Shown here piece after piece: positions 54,023 to 64,000 of a DNA stretch of 64,000 nt. The translations under genes were made by a program, and so were the position numbers. The notes under the pieces were generated by a model. It did not search any database. It saw only the letters and a program-made list of their open reading frames with translations, and was not told the DNA's origin. How positions within the stretch are numbered: position 1 is the first letter of the stretch; every line of letters begins with the position of its first letter. Origin of the DNA: Tubiluchus corallicola (taxonomy: Eukaryota > Animalia > Priapulida); the NCBI GenBank assembly GCA_030141605.1, contig JAQGDQ010000223.1, forward strand, positions 1-64,000, given 5' to 3'.

Positions 54023-56770
54023 GGCTGACTGATTTATAGATAGATAAAATCTTTATTTGCCAATTAGAAAGTTACATTTACAAAGTAAAAATACGCTGCA
54101 CATAAGTATTGCATGCTGAATACAGGAGGCCGCATAACGCATGTATACAATGCATATACAACGTATGCGACTGACTGAATATTAGCAATAGCGTCGTTTG
54201 CAACTAATATTACGAAAAAATCATAAATTTACTGCAACATCATAAAATTACTGGAAATTAACAAACGATGAAACACAGGTTATTTACAAAATTTAGATAT
54301 TTACAGAAAAGAATACTAAGATGATGAGTATGGATCATTACATATGTATACTAATCATTCTATGTTCTATATCACATGATGTCATATTCTGCAACAAGAT
54401 GATGTCTATTTTGGGGTATTACGTGGGTTATTACAAAATGGAGGCATTTCTGTATTGACGAAATTATAACAGTGTAAAAGTTGTCGATCTGTATAACAAT
54501 GAATAATAGTTTGTATCATAATGATTAGCTATTAAATTTAGGGTCATGGAAAAATATAAGAATTATCAGCAATCAAATTCGCAAAATCAGGCCTATCTTG
54601 GTGTATTACGTAGGTTGTCATTAGTCTCTTTTTATAGTTAAGGTTTGGTTTAGTCTTGTGTTTCTGTTAAGGTCTTGCGACAATTGCGTGATATTATAAA
54701 GTTTTCAGTTAAATGCTGAAGCGAGTTCAAACAAATTAGAGCACAATTTTTCAGTTTAAACACTTAAACTATGTTGATAAAGGTTGTCATTAAGAGCCGG
54801 ACCACAGACAGAAGATATTAAAGCAGAGCTAGGGAGCCAAATGTTCTTTCGCTGTGCTGATCTACTCGTAAAAGTCGCCACATATAGAAACATAATGAAC
54901 TTTTGTTCATTGACTCATAAACATCATAAATGTTCAATCTGTAACAAGACAGAGAAAGATCTTGTTTCATGAAGACCTGAAAAGAAAAAATATTTATGTA
55001 CCCCTATAGTAGCTATAATATAATAACCTTCGTGAAAGTATGTTAATTCATGATATTCAGTAATCAGTATAAGCACTCTTTCTTGAGAAATGAACAATCT
55101 TGTGTGCTTTACAAGTACAGTAACAATTGGGACTCGCTGAACTTACTTTAAGATCGTGGATTAGAATTGACATCAGTGCCGTCAATGACTTGAATTAAAC
55201 ACGGCACATCAAAAGTCCAACCCGGTCAGCCCATGAAGAATTCGTTCTAGTACTGTATGTTCGTATATTTCTTCTTGACGATCCGTTCTAAATAATGCTA
55301 TCGCCGACATCCTGAATTCAAAGCTGGCGAATCGAAAATTTGACACCGTCAGTCAGTATTGAATTCTAGTATACTCATGTTAAGTTTCATAACGATCCGT
55401 TGCAAATTCACCGAGCTTTTGGTTTTTTTAAAAAGGTAACCCCAATAACAAGAACAAGAATAACATTCAGAAAGCTGGCGATTTGGGTCGAGCCCCTAAC
55501 TAAAAATATGAATACGTGCCAAGCAGCTAGACAAAATAATTCAGTTAGTATGTTTGTTTCTTCGCCCTGTTACAGATTCGTCTCTGATGACGTTTATTAG
55601 CCAGTAAATGAAAGTTCCCATATTTTCGTATGTGGCAGCTTTATGTTTGACTTTTGTGGCAAAATAAGTAAGTTGTTTCACTTAAACGCTATGTTTTGAT
55701 TGCATTTTCGATTTTTTTATCTCAGTAATCACGTTGTAATCACTAGACAGATAATAATATAACTATATAAACTATATAACTTGTAATCATAATAACCGCA
55801 GTGATTAGAACACTCTATTCCAAAGAAGTGTTCATATTCCAAATCCATGCTATGTTGAAGTTTTAGCAACATGTTTTTCAGTAGCTGCTAGCAGTAGGCC
55901 TTATGATTTTGCTTTGTGAATACCAGTAGCGTTTTTAGTTGTATTTTATCTTTGACTCGGATAAGGTTATAAATGTTAAGTATTCTGTTTTTTTTCAGTT
56001 GAAGATTGCAGAAAGACACACAAAGTAAGCAAGAAGCTCGATTTTTTTCACTGCTGTCAAAGTACTAAGAATTCCACTAGAAATTCAGCTAATAATGGAT
56101 GCCTATAAGAGCTTCTACTAATGGTTGTAATTTGTTGTTTTTTGAATTTATTGATAATACCACAACATAAGCAAAAAGTTGTGTTTCAAATGAATTATAC
56201 GTGTACAAATTAAAATTCTGTATTCTCAATTTTTTTATATTATTAAAGACAAAGTTGCTAGCTCCTTACATCGAATGGCCATTAGTCTGGATTGGAGCGA
56301 TTTATATAAAATATTAAACAAGAAGAAAGAAACAAAATAAACAGGCAAGAAAACGAATGAACAATGATGGAGTAAATACCGCCGAGTGAGTAAACAAACA
56401 AAGCAAAGAAACAAATTAAAACTTGCGTAAATATAAGATAAATGCACAAACTGTAACGAATCATGAAAGATAAATTGACTGGTTAGAAGAAAATACGGAT
56501 AAAGAAGAAATGAATGGACGAATAAGACGCGTGCTTAAACAAACAAACAAATATACATACATACAAACAAATAAATAAATAAACAAAAAAAATCATCCAA
56601 TTTTACTGGTATTATACAGTATGATCTGTTTTGGTTCGATAGACAATTATTAGATGTGTTAAATTATTTTTTAACAATGTAAATTAAATGTTGCATTAAT
56701 TTTCTGCTTGGCAATTTACAACTGGCAATCATTCAGAAGGTCATACACTCGTCTTAGCCAGTTAATCCAA

Positions 56771-57754
56771 TTAGCCATTGTACATCTTGCCTGTTGAACA
56801 TTTCACCAGTGCACATGTCACCAGTGAGCTTTGTGTCAACAAGAACGTGTACGGTATTGTCATATTGTCACTTTTATTAGTGCTAATGTAATTCAAAGTC
56901 GTATTAGCAGTTACGAAAATAGTTTCAGTGAAGTTCAGGGTTGAGCAAATCACTGGAGAGACAGGCACCAGAGATATTGACTTTAGGTTTAAAATTGCGG
57001 CAATTGCCAATTGATTTTCTCCTTGTTAGCTCTCGTAAGACAATACGTCTTTGGTCAGATTTGTTTTTGTTATACATTCTTGCCACGTATGTGCACCGCG
57101 CTGTTTTCCGGAACCCCGCAATTTATAACGACAAGTTCACAGAAGGCGAAACAAGTTTACGTAAAAGCAATGTTTGATTGAGCAACACCATACACATAAC
57201 GCAGCAATGACATGAGAAAATCTAAACAGGAAGCCCTCTTTCATTTGTGCGGATCTCCTGAAGTACATACGGTGGCATTCTCTCGGCATTTGATGGGATG
57301 TCTACTGCTAGTTGCTCGACTTTTGATGTCATTATCTATGACTTAGGACTTTACTACAAAAGTCAAACGTAAAGCCGCCACGTATAAAAACATAGTGAGT
57401 TTTCGTTTAGTGGCTAATAAATCTTCATCTTCATTCCTTATATATAAATGTTTCTTTACAGATTTAATTCTGATAATGTTTATTAGTCAACCAATAAAAG
57501 TTCCATATGTTTTTATAGTTGGCAACTTTGTGTTTGACTTCTGTGCTAAAGATGAGATTTCTACAGGATCTGACTATTGCAAGTATTATTCGTAGCCGTT
57601 ATAATGGAAATAGGCTTGAGTTTCCTTGATATACTATAACATTCATTTAACATCCTATATCCAAGGAATGTGACCTCATGTTCAGACAAATAATATTCTG
57701 TGTCAAGGGACATTTTTTTCCTCTTAATTCTCTTTAGGCCCAAGGGCTCCATAC
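56771..57754 (-). pseudogene. Possible decayed coding sequence of a Cys-containing extracellular (sushi/CCP-like) protein
   Basis: Acceptor-like ttctgcAG at 57755-57756; broken frames give CELVVINCGVPE, PVICSTLNFT..NTT..NKS..NMT and TCALVKC; many stops and frameshifts. Confidence 0.25.
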
Positions 57755-58020
57755 CTGCAGAACAGTAATGTAGTTTTAACGTTAATCGTTAGAGTTTTTT
57801 TTAGACTATTCAGCATATTTCACTCTACTCTCCTTTTAATTGGATGGGGCTGTCAAAAGTTGGTGTTCTCCATTGGTTGATATTAACCATGTCAAATAAA
57901 GAAAAGTACTTATGTATGCTTTACATTTGGTCAACAACATTAGTTCCAGATGTTAACAATAAAAAATAAGTCTCCTGGTAAATTATTCTGCTAAAGGAAA
58001 TTTATTTTTCAGGTTTACGA

Positions 58021-59448
58021 TCATCTAGGTAACATTTCTTCTAAGCTGGCAACGCTGTAAGCAATTACACTAAATGCGGCTGCACACACATCCATTCCTT
58101 TTGGATCTTGTACACTTAATGTGTCACCTTCTGTGTGATGAAAGATGAAATAACGGTATTTGTTTTCTTTTGATACTTTCAATGACACACCGGGAACTCC
58201 ACTTTCTACCCAAATGCGAATGTCAGGACCATTGAAACTTGTGCCAACTTCTGAAGCGTTTATATGTTTTAGAAAGCTGGAAATCTTACGCATGATCATT
58301 CTTGCTTCCGTACTTCCTGCGAAATCGATTCCTTCCGGTAACCAGGTTCCTTCGTCTGATTCCATAACTAAACTAAATTTAGATACAGCTTCTTTGTGTC
58401 GCTCAAAATATTCCTTGGCTCCATATAAACCTAGTTCTTCTCCAGTCCACATAACTAGGCGAATTGTTCTCTTTGGTTTAAGGCCGAGTCTGTTGATGAC
58501 AGTCAGCACTTCTCTTGCAATCATTGCTCCTCCCATGTCGTCCATGGCTCCTTGGCCGACATCCCAACTATCAATGTGACCAGATACTATGACTACCTGC
58601 TCAGGATACTTATACCCTATAATTTCTGCAATGATATTCCTTGATGTCTTCGGTTCATGATTTTTGGCGTCCATTTGCAGAGTAAGCACAATGCGCTGAC
58701 TTCTTCTGGAGATGCGTTGAAGCAGTTCAGCATCCTCAACCGTTATGCAGGCGGTTGGAATCTTGACAACATCTGTCTGATAAGACTGAACACCTGTATG
58801 TGGACTATTGACAGAGAATGTTGTTATGGATCTTATTAAGGAAGCAACACCACCAACTTTTGCAGCCTCTGCTGCGCCATTCTTTCTATATATTCTTGTT
58901 GCACTATATCCAGCAAATGGCACGTTATAGACGATAATTTTTCCTTTAGCTTCGGTTGCACGATAACGCAGTTCTTCGAACGATTCAACAACCAATGCTT
59001 CTGCAGTTATTCCTCCTGAAGGGGTAGCTATGCTGGTGCCTAAACCTAACACAGCCATTGCTTTTCGTCTCGGCTCCAACATAGTCAAACTCTCTTTGCC
59101 TCTGACCCAGTGTGGCACCAGCACGTCTTCGCCCTGCACATTATCGAAACCTTCCTTTTTCAGTTCATCTAACATAAAGTCTATTGCTCTCTCTAGATTA
59201 TCAGTTCCACTTAACCGACTTCCAAACTTGTCAACGAATTCTGCCAGCCTGTTGTATGACTCGTTTTTTCCTTCGCCGTTAATAACGTGATCTATGATCG
59301 TATTTATCGTGCTTTCCAACTTGTCGATTTCTTGATCAGTTGTCATCTTATTCACTAGAGTATCATTATACTCATATAAGAGAATTACTGCTATTGTCAC
59401 ACTCAAAGTTCTTCCGATAAACAGCATAAACTTGGCCAATTTTGCCAT
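58021..59448 (-). CDS. CPQ: Carboxypeptidase Q (plasma glutamate carboxypeptidase, peptidase M28), single coding exon, 475 aa
   Basis: N-terminal hydrophobic segment; FVDKFGSRLSGT, HWVRG.ES, PA domain (KGKIIVYN), SPHTG; Zn/catalytic motifs SGHIDSWDVGQGAMDD, GEELG, MESD, FHH..GD; ends MLPR; AATAAA on the minus strand at 58001-58006. Confidence 0.96.
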   Translation of the reverse strand: MAKLAKFMLFIGRTLSVTIAVILLYEYNDTLVNKMTTDQEIDKLESTINTIIDHVINGEGKNESYNRLAEFVDKFGSRLSGTDNLERAIDFMLDELKKEGFDNVQGEDVLVPHWVRGKESLTMLEPRRKAMAVLGLGTSIATPSGGITAEALVVESFEELRYRATEAKGKIIVYNVPFAGYSATRIYRKNGAAEAAKVGGVASLIRSITTFSVNSPHTGVQSYQTDVVKIPTACITVEDAELLQRISRRSQRIVLTLQMDAKNHEPKTSRNIIAEIIGYKYPEQVVIVSGHIDSWDVGQGAMDDMGGAMIAREVLTVINRLGLKPKRTIRLVMWTGEELGLYGAKEYFERHKEAVSKFSLVMESDEGTWLPEGIDFAGSTEARMIMRKISSFLKHINASEVGTSFNGPDIRIWVESGVPGVSLKVSKENKYRYFIFHHTEGDTLSVQDPKGMDVCAAAFSVIAYSVASLEEMLPR

Positions 59449-61471
59449 TTTAGTTTGCCCGGGGTTGTGATAGTGGCCAGTCTGCCATGCGTGTCACGCA
59501 ACCGGCTTGCCCTAAAGGTTTTATTGACTTTTGTCCCAGGTATTTCAAGCTTTCCTGCCAAAGCCTAATAGTCTTACCGCTGAAGTACTGTACATGTATC
59601 TAAAATGTTTGTCAGTTAGGTATAATATGATACGTGCATTTAAATGAACTAATTGCACTAATAATTGGTTTCTAGCTTTCTCCTTAAGCTGTAGGGATGA
59701 CCCGTAACAGCTGCACATATTTGCAATAGACTCTTCGCTTGGCTGAATTTCTAGCTAATTAATATTGCGTATAATCAAGTTCAGGACTTGTTTGTGATTG
59801 TGGCTAAAAGTAGTCTTTCTCATTTAGACATCTGGTCTGGTTTCGCCATAGCAAATAAAAGTACAGTTCACGTTCAAGATTATAGGGGCGGATGGTCAAA
59901 ACAGATATGATGGCTTGATCTCGTTTGTTACTCGTTTGTTAGCGAATTTACGTCATTAAAATCCGGTGTAATAGTTTGCGTACTCGTAAACAGTTAAAAA
60001 CATCTAGCTACTTGTTGTTACACACGAAAATAAAAATAATAGAATGCAGGCAGGCTGCATAAAGCGAAGAATCTGTTCTCACACTTTAGGTAGAGTGACA
60101 ATTTAGGAATTAATTATTTAGACTAAGTTAAAATAGTGCAAGAGTTACACCTTGACGTCTTCAAATATTTTTACTGTTTATGGCTCCGAACAAACTGCCT
60201 GGCCGTATTGCTGTTATTTTGAACGGATTAGTTTGTACGACTCACAATCGAGTCTGAAGCATGCAAGCTTACTAACCAGCCAGAAGTTGCTGGGTGAATT
60301 AAGAAGTCCTGTTCTTGCAAGCATGTTTTATCTAAAGATTTTTCAAGATAACTAGCAATCTACACTGATGTAGTCATTTTGTTAAAAATATTGTCTATCA
60401 ATGGATAAACACAATAAAATTAAATTTTAAGGCACATAAGTCTAAGTCTGCATTTATTTTTTGCATTTTTCTTTGTGATTATTCGCTTCAAATACAATTT
60501 TGCTTTACGTTTAGTTCGATAGAACTAGGCAATCAGCCCCATAGAAGTATCAAATTAAATGTTTCTGGAAGAAAAATTATGCAACGTCCACCAATAGACC
60601 TAGAAGTCGTTCCTATTAAAAAAATAATCTAAAACAATTTCAATGTCAGGGCAACGCTTAAAGTCGTACCTGAAAGCCGACCAGACTAATTGCATTTAAG
60701 TTGTAGACCACTCTGCTAACAGACTGCTATCCTACTATTTATTGTTGTATGGTATGACAAGTGACCTTGAAACGATCACCAAATGACGAACTGTTCAGCC
60801 CTAATATCCTCATGTTCGTCTACTAAATGTATTGCTGTTTATTATCCTAAGAGTTTTACTAAGTCACAAAGAAACTGCTAGGCAAGGAACAGAAAAATGA
60901 TTGGCGTGATTGCCTCTGCCTAATCCAAGTAATCAAGCCGGTGTACCATCATTTGTTTCCATAAAGTCATATATCCAATCCTAAGTGAACAGAATAATGG
61001 ATATACCTCTATAAAAAACTGCTCTTGTGTTTGCTTATCTCCGTCTCACAAACTAGCATTATAGTTGCCTGTAATGATAGTAAACAGTAGAGCCGTAATT
61101 TATATGACGCCATAACCCTTTTACTTCAGCCAAATTTATCAGAGCAATTTAATGCGGGCATTTTTTCATCAATATTACACTAAAAGTGTAGACAGTATAT
61201 TTTGTAAATGGAATAGTGTGTTTCTGACATTGTTTGACGACTTTTGTGGAAAAACATTTCAAAATAGTTTTCTGATGCTTCAAAACCATAAATTAGAAGT
61301 TCTCTAAATTAGCGAATAATGGGGGTACGAAAGCTAATTTGGAGTTTGCATAATCTGACAGTCCTCTTTTAAGAGATGAAAAATTCACAAAATTTAAAAA
61401 GTATGGCTAAATATGTAGTTTCAATTATCGAGCAGCCCAGTACGATGCATGTATTATGACAGTTATGTAAC

Positions 61472-62093
61472 ATGGGTGGTGTGGTGCAGTGTGGTGTTAT
61501 GGTGTGGTGCTGTGCGGTGTGATGTGGTGGAGTATTATGGTGTGGGTGGTGTGGTGTGGTGTGTGGGTGGTGCAGTGGTATGGTGTGGTGCAGTGTGGTG
61601 TGATGTGGTGGAGTGGTATGGTGTGGGTGGTGTGGTGTGTAGGTGGTATGGTGTGGTGCGGTGTGGTGGTATTGTGTGGTGCGATGAGGTGGAGTGGTAT
61701 GGTGTGGTGTGGTGTGATGAGGTGGAGTGGTGTAGTGTGGGTTGTGTGTTGATTTGTTTTATTATATGTGTACACATAGTGGTATGGTGTGGTGTAGTGC
61801 GGTGTGGTGCGGTGTGCTGCAGTGGTATGGTGTGGTGCGGTGTGATGTGGTGGAGTGGTATGGAGTGGGTGGCGTGGTGTGTGGGTGGGTGTTGTGGTGC
61901 AGTGTGGTGTTATGGTGTGGTGCTGTGCGGTGTGATGTGGTGGAGTATTATGGTGTAGGTGGTATGGTGTGGTGCGGTGCCGTGTGGTGGTATTGTGTAT
62001 TGCAGTGTGGTGCGATGAGGTGGAGTGGTATGGTGTGGTGCAGTGTGGTGTGATGAGGTGGAGTGGTGTGGTGTGGGTTGTGTGTTGATTTGT
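61472..62093. repeat. GTG/GTGTG-rich low-complexity repeat with higher-order duplication
   Basis: The block GTGGTGCAGTGTGGTGTTATGGTGTGGTGCTGTGCGGTGTGATGTGGTGGAGTATTATGG and the end motif GGGTTGTGTGTTGATTTGT each occur twice. Confidence 0.9.
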
Positions 62094-62584
62094 GCACAGA
62101 ATTCTTTTTGTGGGGTTTGGCTAGTCTCTTATATTAATATTCTTGGTATATATATATATAAGATTCTAGGCTACAGCCCGGACGAGGGCACCATTTGCGG
62201 CGATCTGTATATCAAACGAAAGGTCTCGATCTAGTGTCTTCTCATTGATGGTTTATTTTTCGAATCGGGCCCACCGGGAGGAACGGGAGGCGAAAACCCC
62301 CCAAAAAATGGCCCTTTTTCGGCCGTTTTTTGCAAAAAATTGCAAAAGTTATACGGCTGAGATGTAGAGAACGGGAACGGGCCGAGGGGGGTACTGGGTA
62401 TGGATAGATAGCCCGTTCAGCGGTGGGTGTAGTAGGCATATTTAGAATTCCCGAGAGGGCCAGGGCGCCCCGCAACGGGCGTTTTCCCGGACCCAACTCG
62501 CGATTTTTTCGAAATTTTGACCAAACAGCATGCGGGAAAAACGTTTTAGCGTCGCCCGGTGGGACTCTGGGAAGGAGATATGGG

Positions 62585-63886
62585 CAGGGCACTTTATTTA
62601 TGACTTTTCTTGCAAAATAGTCATAAATAGTCATAAATAAGATTTCAAATTTGTCATAAATAACGAAAGAAAAAGAATTATTTCCCGATGAATGGAACAA
62701 AAAATTCAGTACAGAAAACTGTTTCCACCGTCTCTCTCTCTCTCCCTCACACACAGGCAGTCCATAAGAAGCTTGCGCGTGACTGTTTGGTGGACTAACA
62801 CAGTAACTGAGACTGTCTAACTGATCTGTCATTAACTCGTCTAGAAGCAACCTAAGTAATAAAAAGTAAATGAGCGCGTTACCGCGAAAAAATAAATAGG
62901 CACCGACAGAATCGTTGTCGTTCCATCGAAAATTTGAATTAAAGACAGCTTACCTATTTTAATGTCCTAAAGTTCTGCCGCCTCAAACCTACGCTCTGCA
63001 CAATAACAGAAATCTACACTTCTAATTCTTTTCTTTGCACGTTCATTTCAGTGCCTTTCTCATCCTAACGGCGTTAGGGGTGAGCATTCTCTACCAGAAA
63101 GCGAATTCGAATCGAACCGAATTTGTGACTTTCGAATTCGAATCGAACCGAACTTCGATGCTTACCCCTAAGCGGCGTAAGTCAATGGCTTGGGTGTAGG
63201 TTTTAGCTCGAGTTTGCCGCAAGCGTTTCCCGTGCCTTACTGCCTCATCCTCAAGAAATAAGAATAATGCCGTCTGCTAGAATTTGAGCATATTTTATCT
63301 TTGGGAGAATTTGTTGCTTCATTGTCATTAAAATTTAACTGTTTTTCTTGTTTAGTTATTTTGCTTAATGTAATTTTAATTAGAAAACATACGTGACGGT
63401 TCCCTAGAAAGATGTAATAGCCAATAGTATTTTCCAACATTAAATTTAAAATCGATATTTAAAAAAATACATTATTTACTTGTACTAATTGTGGCTACGA
63501 ATTGTGACTGTACGAATTAATTAATAGATTGATTTTTATGAGCAGTAATTTTATAGGTCATCCTAAACAAATTAAAACCGATACTATAATTATTATAAAC
63601 ACGATCACGGATTTCAGTCTGGAGGGATGCCTGCATGCAAAACAATACGAGAAACTTCAGGCCTTGGAATGATGAAAGTAGACATTTTTATTACATTTTA
63701 ATGTAATGAAGAACGAAGAAAGGCAAAATACAAGATTCTGATTAAAAATATGTATTTCTTTTAGCTCAGGATGGCATTTTTGGTCAAAATTTGACACGTC
63801 ATAAATAGTCATAAATAAAATCTGAAATTAGTATTAAGCAAGCTATTTATGCAATTTATGACTAAAGTCATAAATAAAGTGCCCTG
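62585..63886. mobile_element. Non-autonomous hAT DNA transposon (1302 bp)
   Basis: Perfect 23-bp TIR CAGGGCACTTTATTTATGACTTT; perfect 8-bp TSD GATATGGG (62577-62584, 63887-63894); clustered subterminal GTCATAAATA motifs at both ends; no transposase ORF. Confidence 0.92.
63075..63170. mobile_element. 96-bp hAT-type MITE nested in the 1.3-kb hAT element
   Basis: TIR TAGGGGTGAGCAT / ATGCTTACCCCTA (1 mismatch); 8-bp TSD AACGGCGT / AGCGGCGT (7/8); internal CGAATTCGAATCGAACCGAA x2. Confidence 0.8.
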
Positions 63887-64000
63887 GATATGGGGCTCTT
63901 TACAAAGTGGAAGGACAGGGCTACACGATGATGTGGGCTATATTTTAGGGCAGGTCCACCGAGAGGAGTACTAGCGAGTTAATTAGATGTTCTATTTTCG

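Larger units (their letters stand above)
62165..64000. mobile_element. GC-rich interspersed element interrupted by the hAT insertion (class uncertain, possibly Helitron/Helentron-like)
   Basis: Abrupt GC/CpG-rich segment starting after a (TA)n tract; small hairpin GCCC-GGACGA-GGGC (62176-62189) next to CTAG (62166-62169); GC-rich sequence resumes after 63894 and runs off the window. Confidence 0.4.

Noticed and set aside
61449-62234. Cys/Trp/Val-rich and His/Thr-rich ORFs
   Set aside because: Translations of a GTG-rich low-complexity repeat, open in most frames.
62242-62850. 202-aa minus-strand ORF
   Set aside because: Crosses the hAT insertion junction at 62585, so it is a chance fusion of two elements; no transposase motifs.

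Overview
AT-rich, repeat-rich eukaryotic (invertebrate, probably protostome) genomic DNA with four protein-coding loci. (1) A gene missed by the ORF track, made of very small minus-strand exons (3105-3030, 1929-1897, 841-816), encoding a signal peptide followed by an N-glycosylated Thr-rich segment; it probably continues beyond the left edge. (2) A 3-exon peroxisomal FMN-dependent alpha-hydroxy acid oxidase (HAO-like, 363 aa, C-terminal AKL) with atypical substrate-pocket residues. (3) An invertebrate D1-like (DOP1-type) dopamine receptor with an intronless CDS. (4) An intronless carboxypeptidase Q. The rest is non-coding: decayed LINEs (RT with YADD; CR1/L2-type 3' ends), tRNA-derived SINE remnants, many TIR/foldback elements (including a 1.3-kb hAT element with a perfect 8-bp TSD that carries a 96-bp hAT MITE and is itself inserted in a third element), a ~1.1-kb element present twice, and many micro/minisatellites. 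No rRNA, intact tRNA, CRISPR or prokaryotic features were seen. I found no clearly new biological system. The best leads are the microexon gene, the divergent HAO pocket, a pre-miRNA-like hairpin downstream of the receptor and the nested transposons. All calls were made by eye, without database searches.
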